A DNA stretch of 64,000 nt from Ramazzottius varieornatus (lineage: Eukaryota; Animalia; Tardigrada). The notes below the pieces were generated by a model. The model saw nothing but the letters and a program-made list of their open reading frames with translations. It did not search any database and had not been told where the DNA came from. Shown here in pieces: positions 35,461-48,000 of this stretch. Made by a program: the position numbers and the translations under genes. Each line of letters starts with the position of its first letter. Positions within the stretch are counted from its first letter, which is position 1. The stretch spans positions 1 to 64,000 of the forward strand of contig BDGG01000022.1 of NCBI GenBank assembly GCA_001949185.1, given 5' to 3'.

Positions 35461-36455
35461 CTATAGAGTGGAGGAGTCGCGCGGATCCGGCGTGGGTAGC
35501 GGTCCCTTGCCAAGAAGCTTGTAGAAGGCCCCACTTTCGTATACAGTCCAGCAGGCCCGAACGGCCAGCACGGTCGGATAGATCCACATGCCCGTAGCGT
35601 AGAGACTTTCATTCATTTTGTGCTTTGCAAACCAGATGGAATAGTTTGAGAAGAACATGGCGACGGAAGCGCACAGCATCAACGAAGCTGCGTTGACGGC
35701 ATGGTAGACCTGCAAAAACGAAAAAGTCGGTCAGTTCCGTGCCGGTACCCTCAGCCAAAGAGCGCGAAGCACAACCCGCTTGTCATACTCAGGGGTCTAT
35801 TCTAACAAAACTGTGCCGTAACCCCCTCAACCGGAAGTGGTGGTTTTTGTCTCTGGTTACCTTCATTTGGTAACTTCCGGGTGCCAACTTTGGTCTCAGA
35901 TCCGGATACATGATCATGAAACCACCGAGTGACTGGAAGAGAGCATAGACGAAAGTGCCCAGTCCGAACCAACTGTGAAACGTCTTGAGATGAGGACGAT
36001 TATTCATGTTTTTATTGATGTAGATGCAGGCCATGCCAACACCTGCCAGGATGACGGATACCGTCTGCAAAACGGCGTGGATCCTCACACGATTCTTGTA
36101 GGTAATGCTTCTTCCCAGAGCTGAGAGGCGGCTGATTTGCGTGAAGGCTTCGGGCATAATCAAACCAAACTGCAACGAAAAAACATTCTGAACATAGTCA
36201 AGCGAGCCCACTGCGGAATGTGTATCGTTCATGCCGTTTCAGGGTGACAGACTTACAGCTGCCGATGTGAGGAATGGGTGCCAGGAAAATAGATCTATAA
36301 AGATCACTTGAGATAAGAAAAGAGATACACTGGACAGCTGACTTTGGACGGTACTTACTTGTTCCAGGCTGGGCTAACTTCGCCACACAATACAGATGGA
36401 TGCATGCCAGGGAGAAGAAGCCCACTTGACGAAGAGTACTGTACACCGAACCCAT
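35461..36455 (-). CDS. Cytochrome b561 domain-containing protein (CYB561D2-like transmembrane reductase)
   Basis: Spliced product ...QPGTNLFSWHPFL...RVRIHAVLQ...NKNMNNRPHLKTFHSWFGL...KVYHAVNA, with the four heme-ligand His of the b561 family in TM helices. Confidence 0.88.
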
Positions 36456-37643
36456 CTTCCAGATTCCAAGTACGGCAGGAGGAACGAAGGCAACAGAGGA
36501 TCCGCAACGGGGAGCGAGTGAACTGGAAGTAAGGACTGAAGAAACGGAAAAGCAAGAAAAGTTTGAAAACTGGATTGTGGTTCAATCAAGCCGGATGCTT
36601 ATTTTCAAATCAATCGAGCAATCAGTGCGGTTTGGTCGTTTGGTTGTTGATCTGACTTCCGCTTAGACTATTAGACATGAGTCATACAGCTGTTGCGGGT
36701 TGCTGAATCATTCCTTGGTTATCGTAATAGAGCTCAAATGGTTAATTACCGAACGGCGACCCATTCCAGTGATTCCACTGAGGAAGAGAAAATCATTCAA
36801 GAGATAAATGTCGTCTTTTCCTCTATGTTATCAGAAAGCCCATCTTGCGGCTACCTGCTTGTCTTGTAAGCCGTAAGCCCCGTTGTGCTTTTGTACTGTT
36901 GATTGATGGGAAGTCCATTGTGTGGACCTCCACGTAACAACTTATTAATTTTCTGGTCGTCCTTTGAACACCTTTCTGCTGGTTCTGGCGAATGTAATCG
37001 ATTTGGTGTTGGTTTCGACAGCAGAATGTACGCTGGTTATCTTTATTACGATGCAGATGGCTGCTGCCTTCAGGTGCAGCGGAGAACTGTCTGCCAAGGC
37101 TCTTCGCTGTTCAACGTTTGCAAAATTAATAAGGCCTAAGTTACCACAAATCAGCAAACAGTACTGGTACTTGGACGTTGGAGAAAGCAAGGGCGGCAGC
37201 TCAAGTACGGCTCTCTACCACGCAAAAAGCACAAACTCAATACCCAATAGCAGACGAACCAGAAGCATCACTTGTTAGTTATGCAGAGTGTATATGGAAA
37301 CTAGCCGAGTCTCCTGAGACAATAATTACAGAGTGAGTCCAGTATAGTGATCAAGGTTTTGTCAATCAACTGCTAAATAAGCCCAGCTTTCATCGAACAC
37401 AGCTACAAGGCTGTGCCGCACCTGAGATCTCCAAAGTTTGATTGCTTGATACCGTCCGAAGCGGCATTGCATCAGACTTCAGCTGTTTCCGGTGATTCTG
37501 CTACCATCATCCGGTTATCTTCCGTTTCCTCGTTGTTCCTCTTGTCGGGCTGGATAACGGTGAGTTGCTGACCGTCCACAGCGTCGCCTTTAGGTTGGTA
37601 TCGGATCATTGGACTGACCAGGTCACTTCTGTTTCATGCTAAC

Positions 37644-38168
37644 TGTCGATGCAACAATATCTTCGCTGCTGTTGTCTACTGTCCACTGCTGATATCCTTC
37701 GCGACTTTATCTATCTCGTCGACCTCTCCGGAGCTTCTCACAGCTCTCTTCTACGCCCTGGTCCACCTTTCTGTTTGTTTCTTGCAGGTATGTGAGGCTG
37801 AGCGGAGTTATCCACCGACAGTCTCGTTGTATACATGTGTGAGTCTGCTCTTTACGTGTATGGTGGTGCATGAGAGTTCTGGGTTTTAACTCCGGACGCG
37901 GCAAGAACCTACACTCACCCTGATACACACAGGCGCCCTCAGGGAGCGTGTCAATTGCTGCGCCCTGGTGTCTGTGCGGTGTATGTATGTGCGTGTCGTG
38001 TCTATACTAAAATGCCTGGTCTCTCATCGACCGGGATACAACTCGGGGAACGGACGCCGTAGCCATCCATGCACAGTCCTGTTTAGACTTTCTTAATAAA
38101 TTTAGAATTAACCTTGGTCCTTTCTTCTTTAAGTGGAAGCGCAAATGGCCTCCGCTTCTCCTGATACA
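37644..38168 (+). mobile_element. Possible solo LTR
   Basis: TGT...ACA termini, TATA-like sequence at ~38003, AATAAA at 38095. The 5-bp flank CTAAC (37639-37643) is matched on the right only after removing the adjacent MITE. Confidence 0.3.
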
Positions 38169-38172
38169 CTAA

Positions 38173-38601
38173 GAGCTTGCAAAGACTAAGCTGGCTTGGT
38201 GGTGTAATTACACCAGCTACTTTGGTGGATAGGCCCAAAAAATTTTTTACCAGTTAGGAAAGCGGTGCAATGGCTTGCTTTGAAAGCCCCGCACTGCAGG
38301 TAAGTACGATCGGAGGATTATTAGATCTTTGATGTCGGAGGAACCGCCATACACTCACCAGTAGGACGAGTAGCGAGAAACTTCGTCATGGAAGTGAGAT
38401 TTGAAGGTTTAGAGGGGAGTACAGTGCACTCGGGATCTTTGTCAAGTCTGGTGTAGTTACGAGTCGTTCCGGAGCGACTCGTAATTACACCGAAAGTGTA
38501 ATGTTTGGTGGAATGAATAGGCCAATCGCAAGGGTTATGGGTGGAGCCAATTACACCAGCGTTGTAATTCCACCAGCGGTGTAATCTATCTTTGTAAGCC
38601 C
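38173..38601. mobile_element. Putative PIF/Harbinger-type MITE
   Basis: Imperfect TIRs GAGCTTGCAAAGA / TCTTTGTAAGCCC, flanked by TAA / TTA. Internal GTAATTACACC repeats near both ends. Confidence 0.55.
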
Positions 38602-38992
38602 TTACTGTTCGTGGTTTATAACTTGGTTTTTAGTAGAGTGTGACGTCATCCAGTGCGATGGGTGTGTCGATGTCTCCAGGCTCTCGTCCAGTTAGCGTTC
38701 AGACTGCTGTTCGATGTTTTCGTTATTAATTTTGAATTAACCTTGACCACTATTATGAACCCACTCTGGTAATTATAAATGGGTCCGCTTTTAGTAAACA
38801 CGCAACAGTCCGTTTTCCACTGGATGCGCTTTCAGTCGGCCTCGAAAATTCATAGTCTCAGCTTCAGAGAGTTCTTCGTGACATTTCTCCTTTCCAGAGT
38901 CATGAAATGCAAGATGGCAGAAGAAATTAACAAAAACTTATCTGTTTGGAAGAGGGTAATGGTGTGGAATTGGGCCTTGTCGACTTGCCTGC

Positions 38993-40720
38993 TCAGCTGT
39001 ACCAGGGCTTCTCCGGCGGCGCCACTGTCGTGACTGGTGGCGGAAAGCCGTTGGCCACTGAAGGTAGCTTCTGATACAAGGCCGGCCGGAACGTCTTGCC
39101 CTTCTTGCCTAAGCCTTCTTTCAGTTTGTCCAAAATTGGAAAAGGTTGTGACTTCTTGGTGTGTTCACTCCATACCAGTTCTTGCTTGTCGATCTTACGC
39201 AGATCCATTTGCCTACAACGAAAAAGACGTCAAGCAAGCAGGGCTTTTCACCCTTACAGCTGAAGTGTTACTTGGTCATGTTGGCCGTTGTGATAGGTGA
39301 AACCAGCATAGACTTTGGACCAGCGGGTGGAATGTAGGGATCAGCCAGCGTCTGCTTTCCGTGGAAGTCCGGTCGGAAAGGGTTGAAGGCCGAGATGTAG
39401 TTGCCGCCCAAATCTACTACGGGACTGAAGAGGCCCAGGTTCTTCATGTCATACATCTGAAACCAAGGAAGGACATTTCAGTCGAGGATGCTTTCGAAAT
39501 CAAGACGGTCTACACGGACCGGTTTGGGTCTTCCAGGTGGTCGGAAGGCCGCTGGGTTCTTGAATGTGGGTGTCGGTTTGGATGGTGCTTCTGGAGGCTC
39601 GGTGGGCGGGTTAGCCACTCTCCAGGGGTTCTTGTCAAAGTACAGGACACCTTGCTTGCCAAATGTCTTGTAGGGCTTTCGTCTCAAACGCCTGCTGTTC
39701 TCTGTCTCGGTTTCATCGTCCACTGTATCTTTCGTGATCGGTGGACCATCGTAGGGATCCTCTTCATGAATCGGATATTTACTCAACGTGTAATTATTCC
39801 ACCTGCAATGGCAAAATAACCATTCTAGCATCCAGTCTTTTTTTAAGTGTTAAACCTGAGCAGGTCAGTTTGATGAATAATATATGCAGCAGAGATCTCT
39901 TGGAGGGTTGAAATTCAGTTTATACGATAGCTTTCCCACATGGCGCACGCTGTTAGCTAGTAGCACGGGAGACGTGCGCCGTTTAGGAAAACGCTCTTGC
40001 TGAGTTTGCTTGGTTGTTTTCGTCATATGGCGCAAGTTTCAATGTTATTGTTTGAAAGCCTGCGCCACTTCGAACAACAATCTAATCGAATATCGCCCAC
40101 GATGCTTAGGTTCCACCGATAAAATAATCGTTAAGATTTTCGTGCACACCCGTAAGAGCCAAACTTGGGTGCACCAGCGACAAAGTCGGGATGGTAATGA
40201 TCCTTGGGTCCTCGTCCCTTCAGTTCGGCACTAAAGGCGTCGACCCGTCCGGCAAAAGTGCCATAGAAGGTGTTCTTGCCATTGGTCAAGATGCGTCCCT
40301 GTGGTGGCGCCCATCGTCCACCAATGTCCTTCTGCCGTTGCTCCATGTTGCGTTTGTGGCGGGCTCGCACCGGGTCGAAAGTGCCATCTCCCTCGAAGAT
40401 GCGTCGTTCTTCCTTGTCGAAGGCCCAGTCGCGTTTGGCCATCATCTTTTTGGGACCTCGACCCAGCATCTGCTTACCCTTCTCGGCCTCCGGCCGCAGC
40501 TTGGAGGCCGTCTCAAGATCGATCCAGGGAATGGGGGCCCGCATGCCCACCATGTCCAAGAAAAGGCCGGTGCGCTCCGTGTCACTACGTTTGGTCTTGT
40601 CGTGCGGCGCCTGCAAATCTGTCAATTTAGATGAAATTAGTCAACGTGGTGTCAGGCTTGGAACAAGAACAATCGGGCCAAACGAACCTTCAAGTTCGGG
40701 ATGCGCATGGTCGACGGCAT
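38993..40720 (-). CDS. Cilia/flagella-associated protein CFAP96 (C4orf47/UPF0602)-like; ends approximate
   Basis: Motifs SDTERTGLF, GKQML, RIFEGDG, FYGTFAG...FSA, YTLSKYPIHEEDPYD, YFDKNPW, FRPPG and DPYIP resemble recalled C4orf47 sequence (DMERIGLF, KQML, RIFEGEG, YYGTIGG). Confidence 0.7.
39910..40090. repeat. Family-1 palindromic element, double core (CFAP96-like intron)
   Basis: Cores at 39937 (N25) and 40024 (N24). Confidence 0.82.
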
Positions 40721-41541
40721 CCTCGGTGATGATCAAGTATAACGTCCACTCGTATTTGCAAGCTGATCAAATTTCTTCTTTCCGAAAAGCCTTGCCGAAT
40801 ATTCTCTTTCGATTCAATTATAACACATGGCGCTATGAGACATCTTCGTTCATTTCGTCATCAGCAAAAGACTCAGAGAAGCCTATTGGCCATCTCTCGT
40901 CTAGGTTCTCCTTGGCCAAGAAAGATGAACTTTATCGTAGCAACTAGCTTCGGTTTTGTTACTCGTCGCCATCCCGACTTGGACCATTAAAGTGGGACAC
41001 GGATGTTTCGTTTCCAACAATCGTGGGCCGATATGGATATGGCGATCACGCGGCCAATTACGACCTATGTTATCAATGTATGCTCTTCATACGCTTTTGT
41101 GAATCATTTGGTTAAAAATCTGTATCAACCACTCGGGAGTACACTGCTAAACCTTCGAAGCAATAAAATCTCTCCTTTCAAATCTAAGAAATGTGTGTAA
41201 CCGGGTAGATAGCTTTGGACCGTCATAAATCAATGAGCAAAAGGGAAGAAACAAGAAGGAGAATAAAAGCCAGGGTTTGCCAATATATCATCTGGGAAGG
41301 CCATCATTAAAACTAGAAAGGCTGGGCCCCATCAGCCTAATGGCTTCTCCGCCCCTTTTTGCCTTTGACCTAAGACAGCTGGCCATTAGGCATCATTGTT
41401 ATTATTCAAGGATATGCCCATCGGACCAAAGACTGGGCGGGCAATCTCGCTGTCGGTCCGTCGAAGGTCGTCACCGAATGAAAGACTGCAAGTCACACAA
41501 ACAAAGGGGACTGATCAGAAACCTTTAGTGGATTGAAAGGA

Positions 41542-43640
41542 CTAATGAGGGTACCTAAGGATGGAGGTGGAGCCAGGAAGGCACGAATGGTTGAGGGCGG
41601 AGAGGGAAACGCTTTTACGGCTATTGCGTCGCGAGTTAGCGGCGGTCGTCGAGAAAGACGTGCCGTCGCCGTCTTCTTCCAAGGGGATATTATCGTTCAG
41701 CGTCAGTAGTGGCTGACCCAGGTGATTAATCCCTCCATTAAAGATCCTGTGACAGAACACAAAAGAAAAGATATCCTCACACTGTGTAAATTACGGCAAA
41801 GTGTCAGACAGCTTACTTGGCAGCCATTTCTTCCTGGGCTTCCTTGCGCAGTTTATGCAGCAAGCCCATGAGGTAGTCGCGGTCTTTGTACAGTCGGCGG
41901 TAGACGTCAAACTTGTCCGAGACGAACGTCATGGGGATGGACCAGAAGACCAGGCCGATGACGGCGCAGATACTGCCCACCACCTTGCCCAGCGGCGTCA
42001 TGGGCACCACGTCGCCATAACCGATGGTCAGCATGGTGATCCAGGCCCAGTACATCCCCCGAGGTATCGAGGAGATGTGCTCGTCACCCCGACTATCCAC
42101 CTACAACAAACTGGTGTTTGATAAGTGGTTGAAGGATGTCATACGTATTCGCCCGGCACCTTTTGTGCCTTTGCCTGGTATGCAGGTACCTGTCTCCAAC
42201 TCAATGAAGTCAAGTAACGGATGCATCACGTACCCGCACACAGCAGAGCACTACACTAACTACAGGAAAGTATGCAGGTACGTGTCTCCAACTGGCTGAC
42301 CTAACGTTGCGTATGCCTCGGGGACCTGCATACAGCAGAGTGGAGCACTGACTAGCACACGACAGTATGTAGGTACAAAAAGACTGTTGTGGTGTCGACC
42401 TTGTAATCGAGTCCTAAGGCAACGCACCTCGGCGATGTAGGCAAAGGAGCCGAAGAGGACGGAGGCAATCAAGAGAAAGTAGACGGCCAAGCCTAGTTCG
42501 GCCCAGGTGGCACGCAAGATCTCGAAGATCATCTGGATACGGCGCGAGTGTCGGGAGAACTTGAAGAGGCGAACCAGCTTGATCAAGCGGATGGTGCGCA
42601 GGAGTCCCAGCGTGTTGACCACCACCAGCGTGCTGGACTCGCCCGAACACAGCTCGGCCACCGACACGAAGTAGGGCAGGATGGCCAGAAAGTCGACGAA
42701 ATTGAGGATGTTGGTCAGGAACTTGCGGCGGTGCGGACTGACGCTGAAGCGGACAATCAGCTCTAAGATGAACCACGTCACTACAAACATCGACACAAAA
42801 CATGGTCACAATCACTGTGCAGACTGCAAATGAATGTGGGTAGACAAGTCTGCGTCTCCCACTCAAGTTGCTAATGACACCGTCAATTTCTACGAATGTA
42901 TTGTAGAGGTTCAGTTACCGCAGAGAGTTTCGACAATGAAGAGTACAGCAGGTCCGGTGCAGCTTTCCGTGAAGAGTGTCCCGAAGGTCGGTCGAGTGAT
43001 GTTGCCGGCGCTGGTCACTATCACGTGCTCGTGGTGCTCCGTCGTGGCTGTACCGGCGCTTTGGTTCCCCCCAACGCTCCTCGTACAGTTCCACGTCTAC
43101 CAAAAAGAGTAGGGAAATGTACAACGTGGGCGCAACATGGCAAACGGGTCGAGGTTTAGCTGGGCTGGAGTATAATGCCAAGTGTTAACATGGCATAATG
43201 TGTGTGGACATTACCTGGAACTCTTCGAGTGTTTCGACACAAAAGACCAGGACGGAAGTGGAGGTGGCCAGGATGGAGATGGCGGCGATAACCTTGGCCA
43301 AGATGTTGTACTCGAGGTTCTCAAAGACGTGGAACCAGTACTTTTGACGGGGCGAGGCCGGCTCCGGCGTCTCGACGATAAAGATCCCCTCTTCTTCAAG
43401 CAGCGGGATAATCGCTTCTCTCCCAAGCTGAAAGAACTCCACCTCGTCGATGAAACGGCGCAGACCAACAAAGGCCGGCCGTTGCAGGATGCCGTTGGAT
43501 CGATAGTAGTAATGGATGGCCGGGAAAATGTCGGCGTTCCGCGGGAAAAAGTAAAACTTCTCTTTGGGGTTGTAGTACGGAGCGCGCTTTTGCGGCGAAC
43601 CAAGGAGAGAATTAGGAAACAGATCCAACTCGGAACTCTG
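41542..43640 (-). CDS. Divergent Shaker-family voltage-gated K+ channel subunit 1 (5' exons upstream of 43640 unresolved)
   Basis: T1 domain (FPNSLLG...YFFPRN...FPAIHYYYRSNGILQRP...DEVEFFQLG), S2 LFIVETLCVTWF, S4 LRTIRLIKLVRLFKFSRHS, pore SIPRGMYWAWITMLTIGYGD, S6 GLVFWSIPMTFVSDKF. Confidence 0.9.
42140..42377. repeat. Family-2 palindromic tandem units (Kv gene 1 intron)
   Basis: Three ~92-bp-period units ACCTGCATAC-N27..31-GTATG(C/T)AGGTAC. Confidence 0.72.
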
Positions 43641-43664
43641 CAACCACACCAGACAAACTAACCT

Positions 43665-43858
43665 ATCAAACATTTTGACAAGTTCGTCTTTCCAAGTGGC
43701 GCATACTCCCAGCTATTAGTATCGATAACGTGCGCCACCTGGAAAACAGATGACTGGGCAATTTCCTTCGCCCAGGTGGCGCACGCTTCCGACTAACAAG
43801 AGTGGTAGAGTGCGCCAATTGAGAGAAACTGATCTTCTCGATTTCGTTTGACAAGCTC
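43665..43858. repeat. Family-1 palindromic element, double core (intron 5' of the Kv1 T1 exon)
   Basis: N25 cores at 43693 and 43773. Confidence 0.88.
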
Positions 43859-45017
43859 CCAATTTCCACAGTTTTCTGTGTGTGACTGTAAGTTCAAGTT
43901 TAGGACAATATTGTTCTGACATCGGTTTGACAATTGCACTTGATTAGGGAACGTTCCAGAGAAACTTTCGCGCATTGCACGAGGGAAATGAGGAGATAAT
44001 TTCATCAAAACACTGGGCCAACTTTTCCCGACATTCCTGCAAATATTTTGATGGCTCAAGGTCCACAATGGGTGAACTTGAGGGAGTTGTCGAATTGCCA
44101 GCCTTCGATCGATGAGAAGAATGCCAGCCACGTCGTCAAAAGTCGATATTGGATGATTGCATTTATGCTGGCCATATTTGCCTATTTAACTCGAGCACAC
44201 CGCTCAAAGCAAGGCAACGTTTACCAAGAACTCTCTCGGGGGTTTTCCACTTGCCTCCTTCAAGGAGGCCACACTACTTGACAGTCTCCCCCGAAGAGCC
44301 CATGAGAGGTTTCGCTGAATTCCCATTCTGCTACCATGTATTAAGTTATACACATATTTGCTCAAAGTCACGGTCACAAGGTTGACGGTTCGATTCCGTC
44401 CTTTAGTGTGTAAAATTCCGCTTTGGGAAATCCGACAATATTCAGGGACATTTCCGTAGTGGATTGGATGGTAAGAAAAGCAGGTCAGTTACGGTTGGTG
44501 GCTGATGGGCAGTATGACCAAGTAATCGTTTGAGCAAATTGGCAAAGATTGAAAGGGCATGGTAGCGTGACACATTGAAGGTGCGTGCCACCCTGGAAAG
44601 CAGCCACCTAACTAACTCAGCCAACTCCAAGAAGAGTTTAAATGGACGTCTACGTCTTGCATTCCTGGCCCACCATCAGCCCAAGCTGTCCCACTTGCTC
44701 CTTCGCTTTCCCTCATCACTGCACTTCGTCTTTGAAACAGTACAGGAAACGAGCCCAATCACTTCGAGTAATAAGCGGTGGTTCTTCACCGCCCCTCAAG
44801 AATTGTCCTTGACATTAGAAAAATAACGCTCGACCTGCCAATAGTCTCGCATGCTTCCGACAGCTGCTTTTGCTGCCGAATGCCAGCCAGCAAACTAATA
44901 TTGCCTCGGGCTGGTCGATATTAACCTAGTTACTCTACCCGACAACCTCTTTTTTTCCTGCTTTTAATTTCCATCCGTCAGCGGAAGCAGCGCTGTGCTT
45001 TACCGCATTTTTCCCTC

Positions 45018-48000
45018 TTACCGGTCCTTCTTTTTGATTGGTTTTCTGGGTTTTTTCTTCTCCTAGAGATTTCAAAGACATGATGACTGGAGTGCGTTGA
45101 GGTGTCAGCTTACCTTGAAGATGAACTCGGAGCCGTTGACGGAGACGGTGATGTCCGGTCCGCCGGTATGGACGTTACTGTAGGGCGAGGGGACCTTGTC
45201 GTTGTAGTGTTCGTAGTTCTTGAGGTAGGCGCTGTATTCCGAGTAAGTCTTCATCAGGCCGTGAAACTCGGAGGCAATGGACTGCAGGACAAAGGCGATG
45301 AAAATAAGGCCTACCACTCCGCAGATGCAAGCCACCAGCTGACCCAATGCCCGCTTCGGCACCTGGTCTCCGTAACCGATACCCGTCATCTACAATCAAA
45401 CGACAAATTTGCACAAACCACAAACCTAAACAAGAGTCATTCTTCGAGAGAACAGAGGAGAAACCGACGTTAGAACAAAACACACATGGTGCGGCGGCAA
45501 ACAAAACTCGACAAAATCGTCTTCTCAAGTGGCGCACTTTCGCAGCTAATGACACTGAGGACGTGCGCCACCCGGGGAAACAACCTTGTCGAGCTTGTGC
45601 GCCGATCTTCCAAATATAAAAAGGATCCCGCACCAAGGAAGACCCGCCTAAAACACCACAAAAGAGAATTTGACTCACAGTGATCACACCCCACCTAAAA
45701 AAGAGAAACACAAAAGATTTCAGTTGGAATTCCTCCGAAATTGGGCAAATTCCGATGGAAAAATGAGGAATGAGACATAATTTACCAAAATGCATCGGGT
45801 ATACTTGTGAAAGTATTATTGGCGCCGCCCTCGACGGCATAGATAAAGCCAGAGAAGAGGATGTCGCAGATGAAGAGGAGAAAGATGAGGACGGCGATGA
45901 TATCCAGGTTGGCGCGGATGGCTTGGACCAGGACGCCCACCGACTTTAATTTGTAGTGACGGGACAAATCGAATATTCTACAACCGAAGACTGTATGTAA
46001 GACATGCATAACATGAGGACAATTCCCCGGCGGATCATTCCTTCAAGAAACCCTCTAAGGGCCACCCCATGCGCAATTTATAAACGTCTCAACAGTCAAG
46101 ACTAATCGCCTCAAGAGACTTTGTCAAGAAAAGGGCAGGCAAAGACCGCGTTCAACACGGCACACTTCAACCCTTTCTACCCGGAAGTCAAAGACCCTTT
46201 TGGACTTCTTGACTTCTGCCAACCTTCACTTTTTATTCCCTCTCTTCCATTCACAGAAACAACCACCGGCCATATTTTTCGACACTGTCTTGTCCGGCTT
46301 AGCTACATGTTTTTTTTCTTTGACGGATAAAATTATGGAATAAACAAATTTCTGAAATGTGGGAGCTCGGCGAACCCGACAAGGATTTTGTCCAGGTGGC
46401 GCATGGTTTCTGTCTTTTTGGCTGGGGCCGTGCGCCACTTGGTAAGCACGATGTCGTCGAGCTTCTTTACCGAAGTCTCCATAATCATATCGATCGGCTT
46501 ACCTTAGAATGCGAAAAAGGCGAATGACCCTAACAGCGGCTAATTTGGATGTCTGCGTTCCGATGTTGATGTCGCCCAGCACAAGGGACAGTGTAACGAA
46601 GTAAGGCACGACAGCGAAGAGGTCCACCCAATTCATCCACTGCTTGGCGAACAAGGCCTTGTCCGGACAGACCACGAACCTACACAAAGGAACGATTAGC
46701 GAGAGAATGTCGCCAAACCCCGATTTTCAGTGCCAGGTGGACTGTACTGACCTCAACAAAAGTTCGACGCTGAAGTAAATGACGCAGATGGTGTTGAGTA
46801 TGAAGATGGGGTTCCTGGCTACCGAGTAGGCGCCAGCGCCGTCAACGTCCAGATAGGACAGTTCCGGCAGGGTCTCCAGGCAAAAGAGCATGACGGAGAG
46901 AACAGTTAGGCCCATGGACAGCGCCGAGATGAACTTGGCACTAGTCGACGTCTCGGGGTTCTCCAGAATGTCCCATATCTGCTGGTGAAGAGGGTGCTTG
47001 AACAGGCTGTAGTTGATGTGCGTGTGCCCGTGGTCGAAGTGCTCGAAGCGAATACCTGAATACACAACCATCATCTTCAGATACAGTACTTACTGCCTAA
47101 CATCATTATAAGGGTTAATTTCCTAATACCAAAAGACTTTGTGATCGCTATGCATATTTTGGCAACTCAAACGGAATGCAAATTTAGAGGCCGATGGGAA
47201 ACACTGCGTTAGTGGCTTCATGTTTCGGTAGCTGTTGCTATTTGCGGTACGAGTACGAAATGAAGTTAGGCCCATCGGTGTATATACGTTATACTGTAGC
47301 TGCTGGGTAATATGGTTATGGCTGCGAGTGAAAACGGGAACGGAGGCAACATAATGTGCTTCCGTTGCGACAAATGATGAGGGGAATTGTTCGTGCAGCA
47401 CGATAGACGTTACATGACTCGAGTTGCATATCCTGGCTCATTGAAGGCTCAAGTTCGGGGCTGTAAAGTGTGGGGAGAGAGTGGAGCTAGGACGTACCTT
47501 CGCGAATGAGGAGGTTGCGGACTTCCATGGGGTCAATCTGGAAGAGGTCGACTTGCTCCAGGTATACTTTCAGGCCGATGCGGCCAGGGCGGGTCAGTAT
47601 CTGGCCTTCGTAGTACTCAAGGACGGCGCTGAAGACGTCGGGCAGGGTGTCGGGGAAGACGTAGCAGCCGCGCGAGGCCGAAAAATAGCGCTGCCGTTTG
47701 TCGGCATTGCCCAACAGCGTTTCGGGATGCGTACTCAGGATCCATTCTGGACAGCTGAAATGGTGACCGCCTGCAAAGATAACAACGATAACATGACAGT
47801 TACACACAACGCCCACCTTCGTCCTAGACCAAGCGAAACTGGATATGAGCTCATAACTCGACCCAATAGTAGCAAACACACGAAAAGCAGAAAGAGTCCA
47901 CAACCATAAACATCCACCGATATAATTACGATCACATCTTCACGGAAAAATCAGCATCGTATTCTACTTTTATTTTATTCCAACAGTTGGAGAAACGGAT

